DNA of 64,000 nucleotides, from the NCBI GenBank assembly GCA_051362555.1, contig CM120641.1, positions 1,426,001-1,490,000 of the forward strand, read 5' to 3'. Positions 1-13,199 of the stretch are shown in pieces (the stretch's first letter is position 1; the number at the start of each line of letters is the position of its first letter). The notes under the pieces were generated by a model. The model was not told the DNA's origin, made no database searches, and was given only the letters and a program-made list of their open reading frames with translations. Source of the stretch: Lingula anatina. Its lineage: Eukaryota; Animalia; Brachiopoda. Both the position numbers and the translations under genes were made by a program.

Positions 1-2173
1 GGAATTTTCACTTTCAAAGTCTATAAATTAGAAAAGAGAGGATCAATCAAAATTTCTTAAAAAGCACTTTTAGAGCATACTGTTCATAATTAGCATGGTG
101 AATTTGGTCTCCCTCAGGTGTACAGGTAGATAGTTAAAGCTTGTTAAGATAACGCTATCTCGTCAATATTGAAAGCAAAGAAAACGAGCAAAAACCCTTT
201 CAGTGAAGTTAATTGTCCATATAAGCAAATAAAATTGTTGACAGCTTTACCTGTTATCATTCTGACGATCGCGAAGATGGGTACTCTTTTGCCGGTTGAA
301 ATTAGCTTGTTTGCATGTATTTGGATGTCAGAAAATCTTATTTTTGTATCAATCTCACCTCCTGTTAGTAACTTCAAGGGGTTACCGCTAGCACTGCCAG
401 AATGATTGAAAGGCAATCAAGTAAGCCCTAATGACCCAAGCAATCAGTGGCCATGTCAATTGCCGTCGGGGCAAGTGTTAGGGATGCGCTCTAGGATGTG
501 CACACAATAGCAGCATCGCATGCGGTCTTGTCCACATTCGCCAAGCGAAAAATGGTTCGAAAACACGGTCGTGTTACAGGACGCCGATCGGACCACCAAC
601 AACAAGAAATAGACGCAACCAGAAAGGCTTTGTTAGAGGAAATGTCTAAAGTTGGGTGAGTCAGGAAAAATTCTGCGATAATTGTTGAAGAAAAAAAAAC
701 ACTATGTCGGCCTTTAAAGTGCGTACATGAATCCAGAACTGTACCTAGAATTGATGCTAAGGCTAATTCTCCAGCTCATAATTCGGAAAAGTCAAAATGT
801 TTATAATAAGCTCTTTCGTGACCTCAGCCTGATATAGTTCGCGCGGAGTCTAGCGATATCATTAGATTTATTTGCTTTACTTTCTTTAATGCACATGTAT
901 TGAACCTATGCGCCACCCAGTGAATAATTATGCTAGAGTGTGGGCTCAAGTCCTGTATTTACGCAAAACAATCTTGTGTGTTATTCCAGTATATTCCATA
1001 CAGGTGACTTTAATAAGCAGAGAATTTCTTTATATTCCGTGAAAAATACACTAAATTTATATAAAATAATATCATGGTTGGCCAAAAAAATGTACGCACA
1101 GTGCATCCGTGCGTATGCCTAGTTACCCCCATGTATATTTTTAAAATCTAACACTAAACTGCATCGACCTGTTGGCGAAAATGGATAGAAAGAATGACGA
1201 TTGTTGTCACGGGTAGCAAGCAACGGAATTTTCTTCTTTTCTTTTGCGTATCTCAAAAAGTTAACAAGAAAATCGAAAGAACGCGTGTAACAACAAGCAA
1301 TATACAAGGGAGAACGAGTATTTCGAGCAAATCCAATGTGTCGGAAAAGATTCATCTTAGCGCTGATCACAATCAAGAGAGACTATCAAAACAGCTTAAG
1401 CGGAACAATAGGCACTGCTTTGCCGATCGCTGTTTATGACAAAGGGGGCATGGCGCATCCCTGTTCTATTGTTTCCCTAGACGTGCTGATGCTGCTAAGG
1501 TCCGCCCACCGAGTTTACCCATGCCAACGGCCCTTGACAACGAAGGCGGGGCATATACCAGGCCACCGCTGTCGATGTGTGCAGCATCAGAATAATCAGA
1601 AAAAACAAATTTTTTGTTCAAAATGTAAAAAATTTATTCTGTTAAACGTTAAATACACGTTTAACCAATAATCAGACATAAAAAACCAAAAATGGCTATT
1701 TTTAGCTATATTTGGGTACATCCGCTCCTTAATTATCAGCTTGTGTTTGTACATGTGCGTGGAGAGTTTTGTACATGTCAGTCTTTATTTTAACCAATGC
1801 AACCTACTACAAACAAATATGCTCTGAATTACAACGGAAAGCACTCATTCAAAGTCCGCAACATTGCGAATAAGAATTTATAACATTTAGACTTGACAGC
1901 TGTGAAAAAGCATGAAATTAATCAAACGTAATGGGTATTCAGCATTGCGCACTATTTACACTTAAAGTAGCCACATCAATATGTTAGTTTTGTCAATTTG
2001 GATTTTTCAAATGATATCGGTTTTCAAAATTCAAGCATAGAAGTAGAGAGAAAAAAGGAGAAACGTAGATGGATGAAAAGCAGGGATGAAGAGGGACACC
2101 CTAATTTTCTAACTATTCTGCCACTGACGGTTTAAGAAAACAACTTCGTCATTAGGCGTCTTGATATGATATT

Positions 2174-2335
2174 CAGGCCTGTAGCCGGGGCGTTTGAAGC
2201 AACCCACCCCTCCTTTTTGCTGGGAAAAGATCCCCTCTGGTTAAAATTTTATTAGGGCACATGCAGGTTTCAGGGTAAAAGATCCACTTTTTCAGAAAAA
2301 GAACTCCCATTTTGAAATTGCTGGCTACGGGCCTG
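2174..2335. mobile_element. hAT-like MITE
   Basis: CAGGCCTGTAGCC...GGCTACGGGCCTG termini with internal AAAAGATCC repeats. No clean 8-bp TSD. Confidence 0.65.
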
Positions 2336-5300
2336 GATATCGTATCTCTTAGAGCCCAGCGGAAATCTCAGATATAGTGATACATTACTTCCCAGCAGAA
2401 CGATTTCCAAAATGTTTGCTCGACTTTTTTACAAAGCAACATTTCCATTCAAACCTGCAATCAAGGTCAATATAGATCGAGCTTACATTTTACTGCTTGA
2501 ATAAACTTATCTGATAAACACTGGTGTTTTCTCAAAATTCAAACAATTATGTGAAATACGATACCACAAACAGTTAAACATGTAACAAACATATTGCCAC
2601 TGCTTTGATTAGTTAAATTGGATATGAAATCGCTACATCAAATTTTGATTAAAATGTAATCATTAAAATGAAATATATCATCCAGAAGCAGAATTCACAC
2701 AATAGACTCACGTTATTATTATTTATCAATGGGTCACCAGCTTAAATATCCCAAATATCTTTTTAAAGCCAGGCAATTGTTATGGAGAGGGTTCCTATTA
2801 CTCTCTACGTACGTATTGCTAGTCTGCGTAAGTGATACACACACACAGAAACATGAGTTAGACGGCTGCCGTGATCAAACACGAAGTTACATATGCTCTG
2901 TACACAGTCGCTATATACCTTTACACATGTTTTTCAACAAAAAACTGATAAGAACTTCCCCGTCGATATAAATTCTCTGAAGGGAAGGAGGTATTGACTT
3001 TCAAGACATTCCTTTAATCTGGTCCGGTGTTTCATTGATTCAAAAAAAAAAACATTGAAAATGAAAAAAGAACTAATACACACGGATTTCTTTTATGTAT
3101 GTATTTGGAAATATATATATCAAAAGAGTGTGGGCAGGAATTGATTAAGAACTACAGGGGTTGAATGTTCTCCACACAACTGATAGGAAGAGGGGGGATC
3201 ACGCTGTTTTGTCTAAATAGATACTAGACATACAAGTAGATACGTCCGCTGAAGAGGTCAAGCGGTTTTATAACCTGTACATACCTGTACAAGAAAACGT
3301 ACTCCGAGTAAAGAACACCACAATAAAAATACCAATGTGTACAGAAAAAATCTTGACGTGTATCATTGTTCGTATCGTGAGGTTCGTATCAACAAAATTT
3401 TAATAATAAACATTTCATGTAGTTAAATATTCACACGCTTACTGAAGTTCTGTTACTGCTCTAAAAGAAAAGGAGACTAATTAGTAAGTTCAATTGACTG
3501 TAAAATGATGAAATCAATACAAAATACCAGAACGATTTTATACCCATAACACGAGATCATAGAGTTTCTACGATATCTTATGTAAATATTATAGGTAGGC
3601 TTCCCATTGTTGACTTGTAGAAGAAGATAAAGCAAAAACAAAAACGCAATCATGCAGTATAACGCAGTAGGGCTATACTATATTAGGCCGAATTGTCACG
3701 AACATCTGCGCAATAAACGAGTGCGCAACGTCAGGACAGCTGGTTCAACTGGACTTCATTGACCACTTCACTCTATACACATGTACTTGTGTTATGTAAG
3801 ACAAGTCACCAAATATATCGTTCACATTGAATATATTACCATCAATAACGGGGACGCATGAATAATTGAGAAATTATAAAGATGAAGTACGTTCATTTTA
3901 CTTTTGCAATTCGGTGGCTCAATTACCCCTTAAATTAGATCGTTTAAATATAAGTAAATCTACTAATACAACTTACTAACTCCTCTTAGGGCGCGTTCCG
4001 TCTAAAGTACCGTTCTCCCGTAGGTCAACAGCGACTCTCCAACCTCAACAAACACCAATGAAACTTTGCGCAATAATACCCTAATAAACCCTCGCTTTTA
4101 ACGCCGATATTGGCTCGAACACCTAATCACTTGCCCTGAGGTGATTAACAATGATTCTCTTAACGCCTGGCTTTCTGGAAACTGTTGATAAGAGGGTGTA
4201 AATACTCCGATGTCTCTGAGCGAGCGGAGCCGTTTAAAAGCTAGTTAATAGATGTAAACGTACTCACCCGTAGAGCAAAGTATATGTCCGAGTAGCTTAT
4301 AAGTGGTTAGTCTCTAGCCGCTACTTATATGCTTGGATATATATGTGAGCGTGCACAGGCTGAAGTATAGGCTATATATATATGAGACCTCTTGATAATG
4401 AAAACCAGTCTCGCATAGCTTATCGCGTTTTATTCAGAACGCATTACGTAACAAGCATTGGCCCTGCTTCAAGTATGGATTATTTTAAATATTACGGTAT
4501 CGTGAGCAATTTCACCTTGCATATTTAATACAGGTGCCTTGTTAGACTATGCCCTGTCGTCGTTCGATTGGATACGTGATTGATATTTGGAGTTTCAGCT
4601 GTAACCTCTGACCAAATACGGGTGATTTTGCCTCACCAAAATAGGGGTTAATGTGAGCAAGTAAAAAGTCCTCAAATAATCTGCTGTTTAATCGACTGAA
4701 CTGGAAAAATCTTCTATTTAAAATCACGTTCAATAAACATCGATATAACATTGATATGGATAATATACATTGTTAAATGCACAAGAACTGCTAGCTGGTT
4801 CAAACTGTTAAGTAACAGTTTGCGAAATGTGTTTAGCGGAGAAATGCAGGTGGTCATGCATAAATAAAGAGCCCTTGATCAAACACAGACAATAAATAAT
4901 CTAGATACTACACTGAGGCAAACATTCATTGTCTTGAATAATACTACTGCAATAACGCATATAAATATGAACTAAAATGTGTGTGTCGGAATCGGCGAAA
5001 AACTAACGACTTAAGGGTTACACGGCAAGTCCCGTTATAGATTATTGATAAAGTCATTTAGGACGCGAACAACAATTGACCAAAAACATCAGGAAAACCA
5101 TTCAGATCGGCCAGACGTTATACAAACAATAACCCACGCTCGTGCCAAGCATCAACACATAGTAACATCGCTAAAACAACAGAAGGCAATATAATGCTGC
5201 GTCGCGCCACGCGTGTCTCACCTAACGCATTTTAGCACAACCGGAGCTCTGCTAAGGTGAATGTTCTGTCAGAGTAAATGGAAGAGTAAGGACCTTGCGG

Positions 5301-6666
5301 TCACATTCGAAAACCATAAAAAAGCTGAAGATAAATAAGAAGACGCTCAGTAATCAAGTATTGCTAAGCGAGATTCACCCTTAATTTCCTCTCAGGTCCA
5401 TCAGCGAGCGTACGCTGACACGCACGTGCGTAGTTTTGATGGTCTGTTAAATACATGCAACCCACGCAGTGTATATAAAAATGCTGACAATGTCTATATC
5501 TGTCCATATAATGCCACATATAATGGGTACAAAACATATCAAAGCTAGCTGCGCATCAATTGTATTTAGACAAACACATTATTGTTGGCAAGCTACAATA
5601 CAATTTTACCGGGAACATGCAAAAGTGTGCATATCGGACAGAGATAATTGATTTAGGTCTGTAAATGGGAATTAACTGAGGCCAAAGACAATTGACACAC
5701 CTCCAAAATGAATTATATGCTTGAACGCTGAATCACTGCACATCAGCGAAAAACTGCACATTAAAGGGATAACAACAGTTCGTATGAAATTCACATTTCC
5801 CAATAAATACATTGCAAACAACTCATAGAAATAAAATAAAATATATTTTACCACCAAATCGGCGGTTAACATAATTATTCTGGAATTTGTGCTTACCATC
5901 ACATCACGTGACCTCCATGGATGGCTACACTCTGTAATAATCTCTCAAGAAAATATTACAAAAAGCCAAACTTTTTAGAAAAAAAACCAAGGACTAACTT
6001 TGAATGTCGGAATGGATTCATTAACCATTGGTAAGTATATGTGTGAGAAAATTGTCCTTTACCCCAGGGAAATCCGTGTTTTGGCCAAAATGAACAGTTG
6101 TTATCCCTTTAAGCGAAACGAATATAAAAGGCTCGCTCTAGAGACGAATCGCTGACCAAACCAACATTAAGGGTTAAGATCCATTGTTTAAGAGGAAAAT
6201 AGTGATTGGAAAGTAAAAAGACAAAATCCTGGATCGCAACATTCTTACATAGATAAAACAAAACAATACTACAACCAAGTTTTCAAAATAATCGAATATA
6301 TAGTTCTTTTGCCAGAAAAAAAAGATTAAAATCAGAGACCGATGTTACTAGTACGTGTACAGAACTACGTCTGTCACGGAAACATTTTCCTAACGAGATA
6401 CACCATTTAAGAGGGTTTTCATGCCAACTTCCTCCATCATTGCCAAATTGCTTTTAGGTGAAAAAAATAAAGTAAAGTAACTCCTACACCTAATTACTTT
6501 ATCCTGGAGAATACTTACATAAGTAATCTTCATATGGCGTGTGGCACACTATATACCATATTCCTACATGATATGTCACTGACGGTATTCACCCGCCTAC
6601 TGGTAACTGTGCCTTAAGAACCAAGTTACAGGCATTAACAGCATTAACTGACCAAGGACCCAGTAT

Positions 6667-6894
6667 AAGACCCCATTCCCATTGATTTTAGATCGATCTA
6701 TAACTGTGGGGAGTCTCACTAGATTACTGTCAGCTTAGCCGGTTTAAGCGTCTGTCCCGCCTACTACAAGCTGTAAGGGGGTAATTAACTATGGTGTGCG
6801 CTCGGCTGACTGCAATTTAGCGTAAACCCCCCGGGAGTTAGGTCGATCTAAATCTTAATCACTGGATCGATCTAAATCTCTGGGAATACACCCT
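6667..6894. mobile_element. MITE family A, diverged copy 1
   Basis: CCCCATTCCCA...AGATCGATCTA, GTCTGTCCCGCCTACTACAAGCTG, GCAATTTAGCG...GGAGTTAGGTCGATC, and CTGGGAATACACCCT end. Confidence 0.65.
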
Positions 6895-7038
6895 AAGATA
6901 ACCCGTTAACATTGCACAGAGCGTTGCATCGTTCTCGATGTAATTCTCTTTTGTGCAGCCATATAATACTCCATGTTTTCCCCTACGATATAGATGATAG
7001 AAGAGTGATTGTTTCGTTGTCTATCCTGAATATGTTCA

Positions 7039-7064
7039 CCCCCCCCCCCCCCCCCCCCCCCCCC
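7039..7064. repeat. Poly-C tract (26 nt)
   Basis: Homopolymer seen directly. Confidence 0.9.
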
Positions 7065-7175
7065 GCGCTTATTACAAGTCTACAAACATGAGCTAAACTG
7101 GTTTACAATTCTGAAATGCCATCACATAAACAAATCAGTTTTCTGAGAGAAGTTAGAGGCATAAAATGTACTAAA

Positions 7176-7384
7176 TGACCGTGAACAATGTTTTGTAGAC
7201 CAAGTCAATGCGCTCTAGCTCCACGGGGACTCTCGCTGAATGCAATCAGATAATTAGACTAACACGTCTCCTCCTGGCGTCGAGTAGAATATGGAAAGCT
7301 GGATAATCCGATTACATTCAGCGAAAGTCCCCGTGAAGTGAGTGCGCATTAGCTAGATCTACAAAATCCATTGTGAACGGCCCT
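7176..7384. mobile_element. Hairpin MITE (Harbinger-like)
   Basis: ~85-bp imperfect inverted arms: CACGGGGACTCTCGCTGAATGCAATC and GATTACATTCAGCGAAAGTCCCCGTG; TTTTGTAGA and TCTACAAAA. Confidence 0.75.
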
Positions 7385-7983
7385 ATTTACTGATTCAAAC
7401 CACTGAGACTGACAACAGTTTTCTGGCCAAAACGCGAAGCCACAAAGTGCAATTGCTAAACCACGGCTTGGCTTGCACTTGAGCGCTTACAAGGCACTTT
7501 ATTGAGCTATTCTACATGTAAAGTCCGTCATTGCGTGGTAACGTATGTGTCAAGCACCGCGGAGTACAAATTGTTTACGTCAAATAAAGAATTGCACTGG
7601 ATTAACATCAACATTTACAGTATGATTCTGGTTAAACAAAACAAAAACATGAACAGAGCTTTTTTTTGACCGACTTCTTTGTGGCCTGTCTTTAATCGCT
7701 GATAGGAAACGTAGTCAGTAAGCAGAAAACAAATTTATTCAAGGTCACAATTCAAGATCTGTTTAACATTTCCACAATCACCGTTTTACCACGTTCGAGA
7801 AATACTTCCGCGCTGTCCAAAATGTCATCAGTAACCGAGCGTCTGAGACACGAGTAAACAGTCATTAAGTCTTAGTAGGTTTTGACTGATTGATTGCCTT
7901 ATAGTTTGATCAGCCGCCACTTAAAGAGAGAGCTCCCCACAAATGTTTGCGATATGATTGTCCTGCTGCGTGGAGTCTACACT

Positions 7984-8242
7984 AGGACTGGATTCCCATA
8001 CCTAGATCGAACTAACAGGATCGATCCATCTCCAATGGTTTTCTCACTAAATTGCTTTCAGCTTAAGCAGCTTAGATGTCTGGCACGCCTACTGAAGCTG
8101 TTAAACGATAGTTCATTACCCCTGGCAGCTTCAGTGGGTGCGACAGACATCTAAGCCGCTAAAGTTGATTGCAATTTAGCGAGAATCCCCTCAGAGTTAG
8201 ATCGATCCACAGTTAGTACGATACGGTTTGGGAATGGGCCCT
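7984..8242. mobile_element. Palindromic MITE family A, copy 2 (Harbinger-like)
   Basis: AGGACTGGATTCCCATACCTAGATCGA...GGTTTGGGAATGGGCCCT. Internal arms GCTTAGATGTCTGGCACGCCTACTGAAGCTG and CAGCTTCAGTGGGTGCGACAGACATCTAAGC. Closely similar copy at 28336-28595. Confidence 0.85.
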
Positions 8243-11200
8243 AAAACAGGTATAACGGCCACGTCAGTACACATCATAGCGGACTTTGGATACAAACTTC
8301 TAAATAGCGTTACACTTTTAAAAAGCTGACATTATGGTGGTAACTCACTTAATTCGAACAAAACTGTTGCACTTTATTCCTTAGCACAACGATTTCAGGT
8401 AATACTTGACACTGGTACAATGACATAAGTGATTTTTAACAAGAGAGACTGGATCTTGTCAGAAAATACGTTCTTATTAGTGACTCAAAGCAATAATAGT
8501 TGAGGAAATAAAATATCGTAAAATGCGACATGTCTGGAATGTGTTAGTTATCGCAGTGGTAATTTCTATATTCAGATCAGTTATGCGACACAGGTTGAAA
8601 TATCAGGTTACAAACACAAATCTTAAATATCAGGTTTGGAAATGTCATTAAAGTATCGCACTTGTTCTTGTCACCGAGTTTGGTAATTCCGATATGGTAC
8701 CTTTACGTGTTCACCAAATCATACGAGTATATTGAGTACTCCATGGAAAAGCAGTTGAAATAAAGACAGAATTTGCTAATTTATTTTTAAATGCCCAAAA
8801 TAACTCTAAACAAAGCTGTGTGGCAAGATAAAGTGTTTTTCTTGCAGAAAAAAAATGAATGGAACCAAAGAGAAAGGATCACCATCTCTTTAATAGAACT
8901 CACCGCTACCATTTTGTCATCACATTTATTGCGCAATTCGAACTAAAATTACGTTGAAGCGTTTTCTTAAGTGTATTTATTAGTTAAACTGACAAGCTGG
9001 GGTCCATGACATTAACGTGTGTACAATGCCAGTTACCATGTTAAACCGACCACTTCAGCCTCATGCCAAAGACTGTATTTATAGCCAAACACATAAATGT
9101 AAACGTCTTAATATGGGAATATAGCAGTGTTAACCTGTTATTTTGACAGGTGAGTATGAATATTAGATAAGCGATGGCCAAGACTATGAAGACACAGAGA
9201 GGGCAACTCGGGTTACGTCCAAACAAACAATGATTATACAAGGAATCTTTCAGTAAAGTGGCAAAAATAGAATCTCATGTACTGTGGCCGAGTACTTGAC
9301 AATGAGAAAGTGTGAACAAGCAGGGAGAAAACCAATACAATTAGAAGATATCGAAAGAATTGGGGTTTTATTTTCCGTATTGCGACAAATAAAAGATTCC
9401 GGTTAAGATAATTTTATTATTTCAACCAGCTGAAATATGCAAATCCTAAGACAAAATATGCCTACCTGAATGCTTACTGACAATGATTTTGCCTTCAGTC
9501 CTGGTTTTTTATGCTAAATGATAATTTTTTCTTCGTGTGTCCGCTATTCTCAATGATGCCTTTATTAAAATACATGCGTCAGTTATCAGTAATGTCCATA
9601 AGTCAAACCACGGTCATTTTAAAGTGCCACTATGTGCAAACAAATCTCGACAAAGTTAACTTACTTTAAAAAACTGGGTTCTCTATATAATCTTGTAAGA
9701 ATAAAACGTTTTATCCGCCCAAGATATAAAAGATTAGGGAGGGCCTGGTATAGGATATCATACGTAGACGTCATTAGCGATTATCATCGGACGTAGCAAA
9801 AGGTGTGGAGAGGTGTGTGGCTTTGTATCCAGTAACTAGCAGTCGTGCGTTACCTGCCTTGTGTCGCTCCGTTTTAAGACGGTGGTCTTTATCTTCGGAC
9901 TTGTCTAACTGACCGGAAAACTTCCACGCACCTCTCCAACCATAAATATGATGACACTAGTGTCTCAAACAGTGGCCGAGTACCAGACATGCGGTTATTT
10001 TGTCTGTTATTTTTATATTCCACTTTGACTACTACATGTACCTAGTGGTTAGACGTACTTACCGAAAAACACCATACCCAGCGTGTGTATGCTAGTTTAA
10101 CAACAAGATAATGGCCATTTAACGCGTGTTCTCTGTGGGCTGGGCGTGATGGTACTAGAGAAAAACTAAGTGGTTGACTGGACATTCATGTCCGTGACTG
10201 ATATAAAGCTCTCTCTCGTGATCAAGGTCATTTCTGTTGAAAAAAATGCAACAGGAGAACATTATATGTTATTTAGCTCGAACACAAGACTGTATCCGCC
10301 GATACAAGAAGTAACGGGGGGTGGGGGGGATACTCAAAAGTGAAAATGTATGAAATAAAGTGCCTTACAGTATTCAACATCATCAAAAATGTCCATCAGT
10401 TTTTAATAAAGAAAATGTCTAAAGATCGTTATTTGAACCCAACAAAACATTGTGAAACCTACACGTTAACCCGGGCGAAGGCCTTCATCAGACGAAGTAG
10501 ATGTTACTAATTGAACGCTAGGTTTAATTATATTCATAATGGGATTAAACCGTCGCATGGGAAATAATCGCCAATGGACAAGAGGGGAAAAAAGGACACC
10601 TATGAAATATTGATAGACAGATCTGGGAAAGTCTGACAATATATATACCGGTAGAAGATACTAGCTCTGGCTCTGCTGTAAACGGGCTTTTTTCATACAG
10701 TTGTTCTGAATGTTATGCAATTTAAATAATGTATGCAGCAGCTCAATTTACAGCTGAATTATAAACCGCTGAAACTGCATACGATGAACAACTTAACTCT
10801 CTCGGAAGTTAACTAGAAGTGCCTGCGCGTGTGTGCGCGTACGCGTGCGCATGTTTGATGTTTTGATCAATCAGATGAGAGATTACCAAAGATGTAGTGC
10901 ACAGCTTTGAAAATGACAGTAGGATAAACAAAATCTAACGGGAAGAACTGAATTTCAGACGTAATATTAAAAAACGATCGTTTAAGTTGACGATTTATTC
11001 TCACGCATCGAAGCCAATTAATGGCGCGTGATCTTTCATAAACAATGCCGGATTAATAGCCTTGGCACACTCACATTTTTCATAACGCAGCACGGGTAGA
11101 AAAAAACTTAGATTTTAAGAAACAGATGTGAATGCCCTACAAGGAATCTCGGCGGCTAAGGGGATTCCGTCAAATAAATTTGCACAGAAACGAAAAGGGA

Positions 11201-11544
11201 GGCCTAAATTTCATGTTAATCCTAAGAGTGGAATGTTGATGTTTTTAATTTGAAAAGCGGAGCCTCTGACTTAGGAGTCCAGATAGCTGTACCCAAACCC
11301 ATCCCAGTGTCCAAGCACAGACGTTTTCCCTCACTGCTTTTATTATCAACACCGGGCTAGTGAGTTTAAATTGACATATTTGCAAGTGATGGACAACTTG
11401 AATACTGAAATACTAACGCCATGCACTGACATGCAGGGGACTTCTGAGAAAAACATACACAATACCTAAATCATTTCCCTGTCATGAGAGACTACCAGAT
11501 GTTCATGTCCACAGTAATAACCCCGGGGTAAATAACGTACTTAC

Positions 11545-11788
11545 CTCAGTCTTCACTACAGCGGAGAGTAAATCAGTGGTGTAATATACAAGGAATCCCC
11601 GTCATAACAACCCACGGAGTCATTTAGGGTGCTAGAAAGCTTCCACACACTGTCCCTGGGCAATGTATAGCCTTGGAGCGAAGCTGTTATAGAGTGCCTA
11701 ACTATGAGATATCCGGAGCGTTAGGGTCAGTTGGCCGTTTCCCGTTGGTCACTCACTCAGTGAATCATGTGCTGTGCTCGGTTATATA
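11545..11788 (-). promoter_or_regulatory. Putative TATA promoter and ~210-nt non-coding first exon of an unidentified minus-strand gene running off the left edge
   Basis: TATATAA at 11788-11782, Inr-like TGAGT about 31 nt downstream, and consensus donor GAG|GTAAGT at 11544. The upstream region is CpG-enriched with GTAAATAA, GGATTA (x2) and TGACGTAA motifs. Confidence 0.4.
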
Positions 11789-13068
11789 GGTCAACGTGGC
11801 ACGGTCATTGCCTCAATAGCACCGCACTGGACACCGTAAATAACCACAGGTTAACCCTTCGCCGTATCTTATCAACCCCTTAAAGTTATGTCATCGGCGT
11901 CTCAGCAAACGGTGACACTTTCACAGGGCAGCGACCGGTCAGGATTAACTCTCAGTATTGAGCTGAACGCGGCGTCGAGTGACCGAGGCGTTTTAACGTA
12001 GCGGTATGTTTAATGGATTAAGTAGCGTTCCGCGCGGGACGCTCTCAGCACAGTGAGGCACACACAAACTGTACTAACAATACTCTACGCGCCAGCAGCT
12101 GGCCGGGGCTAGGTCGATGACGTAATATGTGCGTGTTTACGTACCGTTTACCTGTGGACACAGACATACATTTGTATGTATTGAGATGTGCACAGCTGAA
12201 TGTTGGGGTATTTTAACAAAATGAAACAGCGGGTGGTAAATCAATCCCCGGGGATAGCTTTTAGACCCAGGGGATTTAGGCAAGGGGAATGCATATCGCC
12301 TTTTTCGTATGTCCCCAGTTCCCGATGTTTAACTGAAGTCGGCAAAATAGACAAAAGTACAGCTGTTACCATTACTCGTAAATAATTTTATCACCTCACT
12401 CAGATTATAATTTCTTTGTTTCGTCAATAGCATACATCATAAACGTCTGTCATAAAACATTGTTGAACAAAGATTCTGATATAGATACTGACTAGGAACA
12501 TTTTGCAAACTTAATTCGTCACAACAAAATATGAAATGGTAAATAATTTGCCGTAGTAAACCATCCAGTCTACAAAGGATCTTTAAGTAAACCAGTATAA
12601 ACAATTAGTTGTGTGTGGACCCATACCTAACCCCGGTTCTAGGTAATGCTCAATTCACAAGAACTGATATATTTTGGTTTCAACAGTTGCTGCACATTTT
12701 CTATGGTTTGATCTGAATCAGGGTCACTGCAAGTGAAACTGAGTAAAATAAATACGGTGTGTTTTTAAACAACTGACTTAACTTAACATAAACTATTTAT
12801 TTGCAATGGGATTAACCCTTTTCTCCGTTCACGTGGATTATATCACATAGTCGCCGAGTCATGTAAGGCGTTACTAGAAGTTGTAAGATCGCTGTACCAA
12901 AGTCGAACATTTCCTGATTCGACGTGTTTTTCCTGAATTACATGTGTTGACTTGATCGAAACACGACGTGTGTCTCGCTGTATTAGGATAGTGCTGCGAC
13001 GCATGGGGATTTTACGAGAGATAAAACTTATCAGTGCGTGCTTTGAATGTCTATCACTAGCTACTCTG

Positions 13069-13199
13069 GGCTCCGTATCTCGAAAGGTTCGCTATGTTGC
13101 GCACGAGTGTCTCGATTCCATAACCGATTCTATTTCGAGATACGGGGCCATGGAATCGAGACACTTGCGCACGTAGCGAACCTTTCGAGATACGGAGCC
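13069..13199. mobile_element. 131-bp palindromic Harbinger-like MITE with CTG target duplication
   Basis: CTG|GGCTCCGTATCTCGAAAGGTTCGCTA...TAGCGAACCTTTCGAGATACGGAGCC|CTG. Confidence 0.85.

Noticed and set aside
11255-11365. Possible tRNA-derived SINE or tRNA gene
   Set aside because: Only faint resemblance; no clear A/B boxes or cloverleaf.
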